This document shows, in pieces, positions 37,283 to 51,485 of a stretch of 64,000 nucleotides of DNA. The stretch comes from Squalus acanthias (Eukaryota): assembly GCA_030390025.1 (NCBI GenBank), contig CM059434.1, positions 45,074,001-45,138,000 of the forward strand, read 5' to 3'. Under the pieces are notes generated by a model. That model was not told the origin of the DNA, ran no database searches, and saw only the letters and a program-made list of their open reading frames with translations. The translations under genes were made by a program, and so were the position numbers. How positions within the stretch are numbered: the first letter of the stretch is position 1; every line of letters begins with the position of its first letter.

Positions 37283-38403
37283 GAGTTTTGCTCTTGTTTC
37301 AGCAGCCTTCAGTTAAAAACGGCAGCAGCTGCTCTGCTGCACTGAGCAATACAGGTTTGATGCTGTGCTTCATTTACTCATCTGGTGTCATTGCATGCTG
37401 CTGTGACTCTAAGTAAGAGCATCAAGACAATATCAGTGATTGCACATTTCTCGGTCAAGACAACATTCCGAATCTATCCGGCTATACTAGCCTTCAGCGC
37501 AAGTATCAGTGCCTTGCAAAATGAGGCGTTGTGACAAGCAGCGTGTCGGTTGGCTGTCGTTCAGATTCCCGTTTGCTGCGAGGATGGCAGCACGGAAGAG
37601 CAGAGTCATTTCTGATGGAAAAATGCCTCACTGACGCACAGTTCTTACTAAGTGAAGCGGCCAAGGCACAATCAGTGAGCATTGCTGGTTTCCTCGGTCC
37701 CTGTTTTCTGCCCTGGCCTTCTCCTTCAGGTTACGTTAAGTAGCGACGACGTTGAACAATGGGGTTTCGGTGATCTCACAATGTGGCTTGGAGATAACTT
37801 GAGTCAGTGGAATTTAGAATGAAACTTTTGCTGTGTCTCGTTCAATTGCATTTGCAGTGAGTATAATGCAGTCCGGAGCTTCCAGGGCTGCTAATGTTGG
37901 AAATGCAGCGAATAGCATAAATGAATGAATGAAAGGGTAGGAAACGAGCACAGAGTCAGATTGAATGTGAGTGATTGCCAAACTAAATGTATGCCATTTA
38001 GTAGTGGGTCAAGTGTGGAGGAGAATGAAATGAGGTTTGCGCTCTCTCGTGGCCGCGGCGAGCATAATTGTGTAAAGTGGAGATTTTGTCAGTGCAGTGG
38101 CTGCAGTGAGCAGCAGGGAGCAGTAAGAGTGAGTTGAATGTGACGGAGACAAAGTGTGGAATATGGTAGTTGAATGCTGTGATGATGATGGGGAGACTGT
38201 GTGCATGTGCGTGGTGGGCTGCTGAAGATTTCGGTGTTGTAAAGTGTGAGGCTTTGTTGTGGCGATGATATTGGATGTGAGAGGGGAAATGATTGCGGGT
38301 CTCAAGATTAGTGTGGTGAGAAAAGGCAGCGAGTTTGATTGCAGTGTTGGCGATGGACACGTGTGGAGGTTTTTTGTTTGTTTGTTGTAAAGCAAAGAGT
38401 GGG

Positions 38404-38701
38404 AAAAGGATGCGTCTCACTGTATTGGCCAGGCTGCACTGCAGCCTCTATTCACAAGTGCGACCCGACTACTGAGCAGCACGGGGGCTTTGACCTGCTC
38501 CGTTTCCGACCTGGGCCGGTTCACCCCGCTTTATCCGACCTGGTGAGCCCAGGCTATCCTAGGACCACCATGTGGATACTGGTCTTAGTGCGGACACCCG
38601 ATCGGCACAGAAGACAGCAGTCCAGAACTCCTGACCTCAAGCAATCCTGCAGCCTCAGCCTCCCAGCAGCGGGATCACAGGTACGCGCCACCGCACCCGG
38701 C
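38404..38701 (-). ncRNA. RN7SL: 7SL/SRP RNA, copy 18
   Basis: Matches copy 2. Confidence 0.96.
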
Positions 38702-39824
38702 GAGTTTTGCTCTTGTTTCAGCAGCCTTCAGTTAAAAACGGCAGCAGCTGCTCTGCTGCACTGAGCAATACAGGTTTGATGCTGTGCTTCATTTACTCAT
38801 CTGGTGTCATTGCATGCTGCTGTGACTCTAAGTAAGAGCATCAAGACAATATCAGTGATTGCACATTTCTCGGTCAAGACAACATTCCGAATCTATCCGG
38901 CTATACTAGCCTTCAGCGCAAGTATCAGTGCCTTGCAAAATGAGGCGTTGTGACAAGCAGCGTGTCGGTTGGCTGTCGTTCAGATTCCCGTTTGCTGCGA
39001 GGATGGCAGCACGGAAGAGCAGAGTCATTTCTGATGGAAAAATGCCTCACTGACGCACAGTTCTTACTAAGTGAAGCGGCCAAGGCACACAATCAGTGAG
39101 CATTGCTGGTTTCCTCGGTCCCTGTTTTCTGCCCTGGCCTTCTCCTTCAGGTTACGTTAAGTAGCGACGACGTTGAACAATGGGGTTTCGGTGATCTCAC
39201 AATGTGGCTTGGAGATAACTTGAGTCAGTGGAATTTAGAATGAAACTTTTGCTGTGTCTCGTTCAATTGCATTTGCAGTGAGTATAATGCAGTCCGGAGC
39301 TTCCAGGGCTGCTAATGTTGGAAATGCAGCGAATAGCATAAATGAATGAATGAAAGGGTAGGAAACGAGCACAGAGTCAGATTGAATGTGAGTGATTGCC
39401 AAACTAAATGTATGCCATTTAGTAGTGGGTCAAGTGTGGAGGAGAATGAAATGAGGTTTGCGCTCTCTCGTGGCCGCGGCGAGCATAATTGTGTAAAGTG
39501 GAGATTTTGTCAGTGCAGTGGCTGCAGTGAGCAGCAGGGAGCAGTAAGAGTGAGTTGAATGTGACGGAGACAAAGTGTGGAATATGGTAGTTGAATGCTG
39601 TGATGATGATGGGGAGACTGTGTGCATGTGCGTGGTGGGCTGCTGAAGATTTCGGTGTTGTAAAGTGTGAGGCTTTGTTGTGGCGATGATATTGGATGTG
39701 AGAGGGGAAATGATTGCGGGTCTCAAGATTAGTGTGGTGAGAAAAGGCAGCGAGTTTGATTGCAGTGTTGGCGATGGACACGTGTGGAGGTTTTTTGTTT
39801 GTTTGTTGTAAAGCAAAGAGTGGG

Positions 39825-40121
39825 AAAAGGATGCGTCTCACTGTATTGGCCAGGCTGCACTGCAGCCTCTATTCACAAGTGCGACCCGACTACTGAGCAG
39901 CACGGGGCTTTGACCTGCTCCGTTTCCGACCTGGGCCGGTTCACCCCGCTTTATCCGACCTGGTGAGCCCAGGCTATCCTAGGACCACCATGTGGATACT
40001 GGTCTTAGTGCGGACACCCGATCGGCACAGAAGACAGCAGTCCAGAACTCCTGACCTCAAGCAATCCTGCAGCCTCAGCCTCCCAGCAGCGGGATCACAG
40101 GTACGCGCCACCGCACCCGGC
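39825..40121 (-). ncRNA. RN7SL: 7SL/SRP RNA, copy 19 (1-nt homopolymer deletion)
   Basis: G5>G4 at 39904-39907; otherwise matches copy 2. Confidence 0.94.
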
Positions 40122-41242
40122 GAGTTTTGCTCTTGTTTCAGCAGCCTTCAGTTAAAAACGGCAGCAGCTGCTCTGCTGCACTGAGCAATACAGGTTTGAT
40201 GCTGTGCTTCATTTACTCATCTGGTGTCATTGCATGCTGCTGTGACTCTAAGTAAGAGCATCAAGACAATATCAGTGATTGCACATTTCTCGGTCAAGAC
40301 AACATTCCGAATCTATCCGGCTATACTAGCCTTCAGCGCAAGTATCAGTGCCTTGCAAAATGAGGCGTTGTGACAAGCAGCGTGTCGGTTGGCTGTCGTT
40401 CAGATTCCCGTTTGCTGCGAGGATGGCAGCACGGAAGAGCAGAGTCATTTCTGATGGAAAAATGCCTCACTGACGCACAGTTCTTACTAAGTGAAGCGGC
40501 CAAGGCACAATCAGTGAGCATTGCTGGTTTCCTCGGTCCCTGTTTTCTGCCCTGGCCTTCTCCTTCAGGTTACGTTAAGTAGCGACGACGTTGAACAATG
40601 GGGTTTCGGTGATCTCACAATGTGGCTTGGAGATAACTTGAGTCAGTGGAATTTAGAATGAAACTTTTGCTGTGTCTCGTTCAATTGCATTTGCAGTGAG
40701 TATAATGCAGTCCGGAGCTTCCAGGGCTGCTAATGTTGGAAATGCAGCGAATAGCATAAATGAATGAATGAAAGGGTAGGAAACGAGCACAGAGTCAGAT
40801 TGAATGTGAGTGATTGCCAAACTAAATGTATGCCATTTAGTAGTGGGTCAAGTGTGGAGGAGAATGAAATGAGGTTTGCGCTCTCTCGTGGCCGCGGCGA
40901 GCATAATTGTGTAAAGTGGAGATTTTGTCAGTGCAGTGGCTGCAGTGAGCAGCAGGGAGCAGTAAGAGTGAGTTGAATGTGACGGAGACAAAGTGTGGAA
41001 TATGGTAGTTGAATGCTGTGATGATGATGGGGAGACTGTGTGCATGTGCGTGGTGGGCTGCTGAAGATTTCGGTGTTGTAAAGTGTGAGGCTTTGTTGTG
41101 GCGATGATATTGGATGTGAGAGGGGAAATGATTGCGGGTCTCAAGATTAGTGTGGTGAGAAAAGGCAGCGAGTTTGATTGCAGTGTTGGCGATGGACACG
41201 TGTGGAGGTTTTTTGTTTGTTTGTTGTAAAGCAAAGAGTGGG

Positions 41243-41540
41243 AAAAGGATGCGTCTCACTGTATTGGCCAGGCTGCACTGCAGCCTCTATTCACAAGTGC
41301 GACCCGACTACTGAGCAGCACGGGGGCTTTGACCTGCTCCGTTTCCGACCTGGGCCGGTTCACCCCGCTTTATCCGACCTGGTGAGCCCAGGCTATCCTA
41401 GGACCACCATGTGGATACTGGTCTTAGTGCGGACACCCGATCGGCACAGAAGACAGCAGTCCAGAACTCCTGACCTCAAGCAATCCTGCAGCCTCAGCCT
41501 CCCAGCAGCGGGATCACAGGTACGCGCCACCGCACCCGGC
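41243..41540 (-). ncRNA. RN7SL: 7SL/SRP RNA, copy 20
   Basis: Matches copy 2. Confidence 0.96.
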
Positions 41541-42663
41541 GAGTTTTGCTCTTGTTTCAGCAGCCTTCAGTTAAAAACGGCAGCAGCTGCTCTGCTGCAC
41601 TGAGCAATACAGGTTTGATGCTGTGCTTCATTTACTCATCTGGTGTCATTGCATGCTGCTGTGACTCTAAGTAAGAGCATCAAGACAATATCAGTGATTG
41701 CACATTTCTCGGTCAAGACAACATTCCGAATCTATCCGGCTATACTAGCCTTCAGCGCAAGTATCAGTGCCTTGCAAAATGAGGCGTTGTGACAAGCAGC
41801 GTGTCGGTTGGCTGTCGTTCAGATTCCCGTTTGCTGCGAGGATGGCAGCACGGAAGAGCAGAGTCATTTCTGATGGAAAAATGCCTCACTGACGCACAGT
41901 TCTTACTAAGTGAAGCGGCCAAGGCACACAATCAGTGAGCATTGCTGGTTTCCTCGGTCCCTGTTTTCTGCCCTGGCCTTCTCCTTCAGGTTACGTTAAG
42001 TAGCGACGACGTTGAACAATGGGGTTTCGGTGATCTCACAATGTGGCTTGGAGATAACTTGAGTCAGTGGAATTTAGAATGAAACTTTTGCTGTGTCTCG
42101 TTCAATTGCATTTGCAGTGAGTATAATGCAGTCCGGAGCTTCCAGGGCTGCTAATGTTGGAAATGCAGCGAATAGCATAAATGAATGAATGAAAGGGTAG
42201 GAAACGAGCACAGAGTCAGATTGAATGTGAGTGATTGCCAAACTAAATGTATGCCATTTAGTAGTGGGTCAAGTGTGGAGGAGAATGAAATGAGGTTTGC
42301 GCTCTCTCGTGGCCGCGGCGAGCATAATTGTGTAAAGTGGAGATTTTGTCAGTGCAGTGGCTGCAGTGAGCAGCAGGGAGCAGTAAGAGTGAGTTGAATG
42401 TGACGGAGACAAAGTGTGGAATATGGTAGTTGAATGCTGTGATGATGATGGGGAGACTGTGTGCATGTGCGTGGTGGGCTGCTGAAGATTTCGGTGTTGT
42501 AAAGTGTGAGGCTTTGTTGTGGCGATGATATTGGATGTGAGAGGGGAAATGATTGCGGGTCTCAAGATTAGTGTGGTGAGAAAAGGCAGCGAGTTTGATT
42601 GCAGTGTTGGCGATGGACACGTGTGGAGGTTTTTTGTTTGTTTGTTGTAAAGCAAAGAGTGGG

Positions 42664-42961
42664 AAAAGGATGCGTCTCACTGTATTGGCCAGGCTGCACT
42701 GCAGCCTCTATTCACAAGTGCGACCCGACTACTGAGCAGCACGGGGGCTTTGACCTGCTCCGTTTCCGACCTGGGCCGGTTCACCCCGCTTTATCCGACC
42801 TGGTGAGCCCAGGCTATCCTAGGACCACCATGTGGATACTGGTCTTAGTGCGGACACCCGATCGGCACAGAAGACAGCAGTCCAGAACTCCTGACCTCAA
42901 GCAATCCTGCAGCCTCAGCCTCCCAGCAGCGGGATCACAGGTACGCGCCACCGCACCCGGC
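42664..42961 (-). ncRNA. RN7SL: 7SL/SRP RNA, copy 21
   Basis: Matches copy 2. Confidence 0.96.
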
Positions 42962-44082
42962 GAGTTTTGCTCTTGTTTCAGCAGCCTTCAGTTAAAAACG
43001 GCAGCAGCTGCTCTGCTGCACTGAGCAATACAGGTTTGATGCTGTGCTTCATTTACTCATCTGGTGTCATTGCATGCTGCTGTGACTCTAAGTAAGAGCA
43101 TCAAGACAATATCAGTGATTGCACATTTCTCGGTCAAGACAACATTCCGAATCTATCCGGCTATACTAGCCTTCAGCGCAAGTATCAGTGCCTTGCAAAA
43201 TGAGGCGTTGTGACAAGCAGCGTGTCGGTTGGCTGTCGTTCAGATTCCCGTTTGCTGCGAGGATGGCAGCACGGAAGAGCAGAGTCATTTCTGATGGAAA
43301 AATGCCTCACTGACGCACAGTTCTTACTAAGTGAAGCGGCCAAGGCACAATCAGTGAGCATTGCTGGTTTCCTCGGTCCCTGTTTTCTGCCCTGGCCTTC
43401 TCCTTCAGGTTACGTTAAGTAGCGACGACGTTGAACAATGGGGTTTCGGTGATCTCACAATGTGGCTTGGAGATAACTTGAGTCAGTGGAATTTAGAATG
43501 AAACTTTTGCTGTGTCTCGTTCAATTGCATTTGCAGTGAGTATAATGCAGTCCGGAGCTTCCAGGGCTGCTAATGTTGGAAATGCAGCGAATAGCATAAA
43601 TGAATGAATGAAAGGGTAGGAAACGAGCACAGAGTCAGATTGAATGTGAGTGATTGCCAAACTAAATGTATGCCATTTAGTAGTGGGTCAAGTGTGGAGG
43701 AGAATGAAATGAGGTTTGCGCTCTCTCGTGGCCGCGGCGAGCATAATTGTGTAAAGTGGAGATTTTGTCAGTGCAGTGGCTGCAGTGAGCAGCAGGGAGC
43801 AGTAAGAGTGAGTTGAATGTGACGGAGACAAAGTGTGGAATATGGTAGTTGAATGCTGTGATGATGATGGGGAGACTGTGTGCATGTGCGTGGTGGGCTG
43901 CTGAAGATTTCGGTGTTGTAAAGTGTGAGGCTTTGTTGTGGCGATGATATTGGATGTGAGAGGGGAAATGATTGCGGGTCTCAAGATTAGTGTGGTGAGA
44001 AAAGGCAGCGAGTTTGATTGCAGTGTTGGCGATGGACACGTGTGGAGGTTTTTTGTTTGTTTGTTGTAAAGCAAAGAGTGGG

Positions 44083-44380
44083 AAAAGGATGCGTCTCACT
44101 GTATTGGCCAGGCTGCACTGCAGCCTCTATTCACAAGTGCGACCCGACTACTGAGCAGCACGGGGGCTTTGACCTGCTCCGTTTCCGACCTGGGCCGGTT
44201 CACCCCGCTTTATCCGACCTGGTGAGCCCAGGCTATCCTAGGACCACCATGTGGATACTGGTCTTAGTGCGGACACCCGATCGGCACAGAAGACAGCAGT
44301 CCAGAACTCCTGACCTCAAGCAATCCTGCAGCCTCAGCCTCCCAGCAGCGGGATCACAGGTACGCGCCACCGCACCCGGC
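44083..44380 (-). ncRNA. RN7SL: 7SL/SRP RNA, copy 22
   Basis: Matches copy 2. Confidence 0.96.
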
Positions 44381-45503
44381 GAGTTTTGCTCTTGTTTCAG
44401 CAGCCTTCAGTTAAAAACGGCAGCAGCTGCTCTGCTGCACTGAGCAATACAGGTTTGATGCTGTGCTTCATTTACTCATCTGGTGTCATTGCATGCTGCT
44501 GTGACTCTAAGTAAGAGCATCAAGACAATATCAGTGATTGCACATTTCTCGGTCAAGACAACATTCCGAATCTATCCGGCTATACTAGCCTTCAGCGCAA
44601 GTATCAGTGCCTTGCAAAATGAGGCGTTGTGACAAGCAGCGTGTCGGTTGGCTGTCGTTCAGATTCCCGTTTGCTGCGAGGATGGCAGCACGGAAGAGCA
44701 GAGTCATTTCTGATGGAAAAATGCCTCACTGACGCACAGTTCTTACTAAGTGAAGCGGCCAAGGCACACAATCAGTGAGCATTGCTGGTTTCCTCGGTCC
44801 CTGTTTTCTGCCCTGGCCTTCTCCTTCAGGTTACGTTAAGTAGCGACGACGTTGAACAATGGGGTTTCGGTGATCTCACAATGTGGCTTGGAGATAACTT
44901 GAGTCAGTGGAATTTAGAATGAAACTTTTGCTGTGTCTCGTTCAATTGCATTTGCAGTGAGTATAATGCAGTCCGGAGCTTCCAGGGCTGCTAATGTTGG
45001 AAATGCAGCGAATAGCATAAATGAATGAATGAAAGGGTAGGAAACGAGCACAGAGTCAGATTGAATGTGAGTGATTGCCAAACTAAATGTATGCCATTTA
45101 GTAGTGGGTCAAGTGTGGAGGAGAATGAAATGAGGTTTGCGCTCTCTCGTGGCCGCGGCGAGCATAATTGTGTAAAGTGGAGATTTTGTCAGTGCAGTGG
45201 CTGCAGTGAGCAGCAGGGAGCAGTAAGAGTGAGTTGAATGTGACGGAGACAAAGTGTGGAATATGGTAGTTGAATGCTGTGATGATGATGGGGAGACTGT
45301 GTGCATGTGCGTGGTGGGCTGCTGAAGATTTCGGTGTTGTAAAGTGTGAGGCTTTGTTGTGGCGATGATATTGGATGTGAGAGGGGAAATGATTGCGGGT
45401 CTCAAGATTAGTGTGGTGAGAAAAGGCAGCGAGTTTGATTGCAGTGTTGGCGATGGACACGTGTGGAGGTTTTTTGTTTGTTTGTTGTAAAGCAAAGAGT
45501 GGG

Positions 45504-45801
45504 AAAAGGATGCGTCTCACTGTATTGGCCAGGCTGCACTGCAGCCTCTATTCACAAGTGCGACCCGACTACTGAGCAGCACGGGGGCTTTGACCTGCTC
45601 CGTTTCCGACCTGGGCCGGTTCACCCCGCTTTATCCGACCTGGTGAGCCCAGGCTATCCTAGGACCACCATGTGGATACTGGTCTTAGTGCGGACACCCG
45701 ATCGGCACAGAAGACAGCAGTCCAGAACTCCTGACCTCAAGCAATCCTGCAGCCTCAGCCTCCCAGCAGCGGGATCACAGGTACGCGCCACCGCACCCGG
45801 C
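45504..45801 (-). ncRNA. RN7SL: 7SL/SRP RNA, copy 23
   Basis: Matches copy 2. Confidence 0.96.
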
Positions 45802-46924
45802 GAGTTTTGCTCTTGTTTCAGCAGCCTTCAGTTAAAAACGGCAGCAGCTGCTCTGCTGCACTGAGCAATACAGGTTTGATGCTGTGCTTCATTTACTCAT
45901 CTGGTGTCATTGCATGCTGCTGTGACTCTAAGTAAGAGCATCAAGACAATATCAGTGATTGCACATTTCTCGGTCAAGACAACATTCCGAATCTATCCGG
46001 CTATACTAGCCTTCAGCGCAAGTATCAGTGCCTTGCAAAATGAGGCGTTGTGACAAGCAGCGTGTCGGTTGGCTGTCGTTCAGATTCCCGTTTGCTGCGA
46101 GGATGGCAGCACGGAAGAGCAGAGTCATTTCTGATGGAAAAATGCCTCACTGACGCACAGTTCTTACTAAGTGAAGCGGCCAAGGCACACAATCAGTGAG
46201 CATTGCTGGTTTCCTCGGTCCCTGTTTTCTGCCCTGGCCTTCTCCTTCAGGTTACGTTAAGTAGCGACGACGTTGAACAATGGGGTTTCGGTGATCTCAC
46301 AATGTGGCTTGGAGATAACTTGAGTCAGTGGAATTTAGAATGAAACTTTTGCTGTGTCTCGTTCAATTGCATTTGCAGTGAGTATAATGCAGTCCGGAGC
46401 TTCCAGGGCTGCTAATGTTGGAAATGCAGCGAATAGCATAAATGAATGAATGAAAGGGTAGGAAACGAGCACAGAGTCAGATTGAATGTGAGTGATTGCC
46501 AAACTAAATGTATGCCATTTAGTAGTGGGTCAAGTGTGGAGGAGAATGAAATGAGGTTTGCGCTCTCTCGTGGCCGCGGCGAGCATAATTGTGTAAAGTG
46601 GAGATTTTGTCAGTGCAGTGGCTGCAGTGAGCAGCAGGGAGCAGTAAGAGTGAGTTGAATGTGACGGAGACAAAGTGTGGAATATGGTAGTTGAATGCTG
46701 TGATGATGATGGGGAGACTGTGTGCATGTGCGTGGTGGGCTGCTGAAGATTTCGGTGTTGTAAAGTGTGAGGCTTTGTTGTGGCGATGATATTGGATGTG
46801 AGAGGGGAAATGATTGCGGGTCTCAAGATTAGTGTGGTGAGAAAAGGCAGCGAGTTTGATTGCAGTGTTGGCGATGGACACGTGTGGAGGTTTTTTGTTT
46901 GTTTGTTGTAAAGCAAAGAGTGGG

Positions 46925-47222
46925 AAAAGGATGCGTCTCACTGTATTGGCCAGGCTGCACTGCAGCCTCTATTCACAAGTGCGACCCGACTACTGAGCAG
47001 CACGGGGGCTTTGACCTGCTCCGTTTCCGACCTGGGCCGGTTCACCCCGCTTTATCCGACCTGGTGAGCCCAGGCTATCCTAGGACCACCATGTGGATAC
47101 TGGTCTTAGTGCGGACACCCGATCGGCACAGAAGACAGCAGTCCAGAACTCCTGACCTCAAGCAATCCTGCAGCCTCAGCCTCCCAGCAGCGGGATCACA
47201 GGTACGCGCCACCGCACCCGGC
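46925..47222 (-). ncRNA. RN7SL: 7SL/SRP RNA, copy 24
   Basis: Matches copy 2. Confidence 0.96.
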
Positions 47223-48345
47223 GAGTTTTGCTCTTGTTTCAGCAGCCTTCAGTTAAAAACGGCAGCAGCTGCTCTGCTGCACTGAGCAATACAGGTTTGA
47301 TGCTGTGCTTCATTTACTCATCTGGTGTCATTGCATGCTGCTGTGACTCTAAGTAAGAGCATCAAGACAATATCAGTGATTGCACATTTCTCGGTCAAGA
47401 CAACATTCCGAATCTATCCGGCTATACTAGCCTTCAGCGCAAGTATCAGTGCCTTGCAAAATGAGGCGTTGTGACAAGCAGCGTGTCGGTTGGCTGTCGT
47501 TCAGATTCCCGTTTGCTGCGAGGATGGCAGCACGGAAGAGCAGAGTCATTTCTGATGGAAAAATGCCTCACTGACGCACAGTTCTTACTAAGTGAAGCGG
47601 CCAAGGCACACAATCAGTGAGCATTGCTGGTTTCCTCGGTCCCTGTTTTCTGCCCTGGCCTTCTCCTTCAGGTTACGTTAAGTAGCGACGACGTTGAACA
47701 ATGGGGTTTCGGTGATCTCACAATGTGGCTTGGAGATAACTTGAGTCAGTGGAATTTAGAATGAAACTTTTGCTGTGTCTCGTTCAATTGCATTTGCAGT
47801 GAGTATAATGCAGTCCGGAGCTTCCAGGGCTGCTAATGTTGGAAATGCAGCGAATAGCATAAATGAATGAATGAAAGGGTAGGAAACGAGCACAGAGTCA
47901 GATTGAATGTGAGTGATTGCCAAACTAAATGTATGCCATTTAGTAGTGGGTCAAGTGTGGAGGAGAATGAAATGAGGTTTGCGCTCTCTCGTGGCCGCGG
48001 CGAGCATAATTGTGTAAAGTGGAGATTTTGTCAGTGCAGTGGCTGCAGTGAGCAGCAGGGAGCAGTAAGAGTGAGTTGAATGTGACGGAGACAAAGTGTG
48101 GAATATGGTAGTTGAATGCTGTGATGATGATGGGGAGACTGTGTGCATGTGCGTGGTGGGCTGCTGAAGATTTCGGTGTTGTAAAGTGTGAGGCTTTGTT
48201 GTGGCGATGATATTGGATGTGAGAGGGGAAATGATTGCGGGTCTCAAGATTAGTGTGGTGAGAAAAGGCAGCGAGTTTGATTGCAGTGTTGGCGATGGAC
48301 ACGTGTGGAGGTTTTTTGTTTGTTTGTTGTAAAGCAAAGAGTGGG

Positions 48346-48643
48346 AAAAGGATGCGTCTCACTGTATTGGCCAGGCTGCACTGCAGCCTCTATTCACAAG
48401 TGCGACCCGACTACTGAGCAGCACGGGGGCTTTGACCTGCTCCGTTTCCGACCTGGGCCGGTTCACCCCGCTTTATCCGACCTGGTGAGCCCAGGCTATC
48501 CTAGGACCACCATGTGGATACTGGTCTTAGTGCGGACACCCGATCGGCACAGAAGACAGCAGTCCAGAACTCCTGACCTCAAGCAATCCTGCAGCCTCAG
48601 CCTCCCAGCAGCGGGATCACAGGTACGCGCCACCGCACCCGGC
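48346..48643 (-). ncRNA. RN7SL: 7SL/SRP RNA, copy 25
   Basis: Matches copy 2. Confidence 0.96.
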
Positions 48644-49766
48644 GAGTTTTGCTCTTGTTTCAGCAGCCTTCAGTTAAAAACGGCAGCAGCTGCTCTGCTG
48701 CACTGAGCAATACAGGTTTGATGCTGTGCTTCATTTACTCATCTGGTGTCATTGCATGCTGCTGTGACTCTAAGTAAGAGCATCAAGACAATATCAGTGA
48801 TTGCACATTTCTCGGTCAAGACAACATTCCGAATCTATCCGGCTATACTAGCCTTCAGCGCAAGTATCAGTGCCTTGCAAAATGAGGCGTTGTGACAAGC
48901 AGCGTGTCGGTTGGCTGTCGTTCAGATTCCCGTTTGCTGCGAGGATGGCAGCACGGAAGAGCAGAGTCATTTCTGATGGAAAAATGCCTCACTGACGCAC
49001 AGTTCTTACTAAGTGAAGCGGCCAAGGCACACAATCAGTGAGCATTGCTGGTTTCCTCGGTCCCTGTTTTCTGCCCTGGCCTTCTCCTTCAGGTTACGTT
49101 AAGTAGCGACGACGTTGAACAATGGGGTTTCGGTGATCTCACAATGTGGCTTGGAGATAACTTGAGTCAGTGGAATTTAGAATGTAACTTTTGCTGTGTC
49201 TCGTTCAATTGCATTTGCAGTGAGTATAATGCAGTCCGGAGCTTCCAGGGCTGCTAATGTTGGAAATGCAGCGAATAGCATAAATGAATGAATGAAAGGG
49301 TAGGAAACGAGCACAGAGTCAGATTGAATGTGAGTGATTGCCAAACTAAATGTATGCCATTTAGTAGTGGGTCAAGTGTGGAGGAGAATGAAATGAGGTT
49401 TGCGCTCTCTCGTGGCCGCGGCGAGCATAATTGTGTAAAGTGGAGATTTTGTCAGTGCAGTGGCTGCAGTGAGCAGCAGGGAGCAGTAAGAGTGAGTTGA
49501 ATGTGACGGAGACAAAGTGTGGAATATGGTAGTTGAATGCTGTGATGATGATGGGGAGACTGTGTGCATGTGCGTGGTGGGCTGCTGAAGATTTCGGTGT
49601 TGTAAAGTGTGAGGCTTTGTTGTGGCGATGATATTGGATGTGAGAGGGGAAATGATTGCGGGTCTCAAGATTAGTGTGGTGAGAAAAGGCAGCGAGTTTG
49701 ATTGCAGTGTTGGCGATGGACACGTGTGGAGGTTTTTTGTTTGTTTGTTGTAAAGCAAAGAGTGGG

Positions 49767-50064
49767 AAAAGGATGCGTCTCACTGTATTGGCCAGGCTGC
49801 ACTGCAGCCTCTATTCACAAGTGCGACCCGACTACTGAGCAGCACGGGGGCTTTGACCTGCTCCGTTTCCGACCTGGGCCGGTTCACCCCGCTTTATCCG
49901 ACCTGGTGAGCCCAGGCTATCCTAGGACCACCATGTGGATACTGGTCTTAGTGCGGACACCCGATCGGCACAGAAGACAGCAGTCCAGAACTCCTGACCT
50001 CAAGCAATCCTGCAGCCTCAGCCTCCCAGCAGCGGGATCACAGGTACGCGCCACCGCACCCGGC
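49767..50064 (-). ncRNA. RN7SL: 7SL/SRP RNA, copy 26
   Basis: Matches copy 2. Confidence 0.96.
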
Positions 50065-51187
50065 GAGTTTTGCTCTTGTTTCAGCAGCCTTCAGTTAAAA
50101 ACGGCAGCAGCTGCTCTGCTGCACTGAGCAATACAGGTTTGATGCTGTGCTTCATTTACTCATCTGGTGTCATTGCATGCTGCTGTGACTCTAAGTAAGA
50201 GCATCAAGACAATATCAGTGATTGCACATTTCTCGGTCAAGACAACATTCCGAATCTATCCGGCTATACTAGCCTTCAGCGCAAGTATCAGTGCCTTGCA
50301 AAATGAGGCGTTGTGACAAGCAGCGTGTCGGTTGGCTGTCGTTCAGATTCCCGTTTGCTGCGAGGATGGCAGCACGGAAGAGCAGAGTCATTTCTGATGG
50401 AAAAATGCCTCACTGACGCACAGTTCTTACTAAGTGAAGCGGCCAAGGCACACAATCAGTGAGCATTGCTGGTTTCCTCGGTCCCTGTTTTCTGCCCTGG
50501 CCTTCTCCTTCAGGTTACGTTAAGTAGCGACGACGTTGAACAATGGGGTTTCGGTGATCTCACAATGTGGCTTGGAGATAACTTGAGTCAGTGGAATTTA
50601 GAATGAAACTTTTGCTGTGTCTCGTTCAATTGCATTTGCAGTGAGTATAATGCAGTCCGGAGCTTCCAGGGCTGCTAATGTTGGAAATGCAGCGAATAGC
50701 ATAAATGAATGAATGAAAGGGTAGGAAACGAGCACAGAGTCAGATTGAATGTGAGTGATTGCCAAACTAAATGTATGCCATTTAGTAGTGGGTCAAGTGT
50801 GGAGGAGAATGAAATGAGGTTTGCGCTCTCTCGTGGCCGCGGCGAGCATAATTGTGTAAAGTGGAGATTTTGTCAGTGCAGTGGCTGCAGTGAGCAGCAG
50901 GGAGCAGTAAGAGTGAGTTGAATGTGACGGAGACAAAGTGTGGAATATGGTAGTTGAATGCTGTGATGATGATGGGGAGACTGTGTGCATGTGCGTGGTG
51001 GGCTGCTGAAGATTTCGGTGTTGTAAAGTGTGAGGCTTTGTTGTGGCGATGATATTGGATGTGAGAGGGGAAATGATTGCGGGTCTCAAGATTAGTGTGG
51101 TGAGAAAAGGCAGCGAGTTTGATTGCAGTGTTGGCGATGGACACGTGTGGAGGTTTTTTGTTTGTTTGTTGTAAAGCAAAGAGTGGG

Positions 51188-51485
51188 AAAAGGATGCGTC
51201 TCACTGTATTGGCCAGGCTGCACTGCAGCCTCTATTCACAAGTGCGACCCGACTACTGAGCAGCACGGGGGCTTTGACCTGCTCCGTTTCCGACCTGGGC
51301 CGGTTCACCCCGCTTTATCCGACCTGGTGAGCCCAGGCTATCCTAGGACCACCATGTGGATACTGGTCTTAGTGCGGACACCCGATCGGCACAGAAGACA
51401 GCAGTCCAGAACTCCTGACCTCAAGCAATCCTGCAGCCTCAGCCTCCCAGCAGCGGGATCACAGGTACGCGCCACCGCACCCGGC
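51188..51485 (-). ncRNA. RN7SL: 7SL/SRP RNA, copy 27
   Basis: Matches copy 2. Confidence 0.96.
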
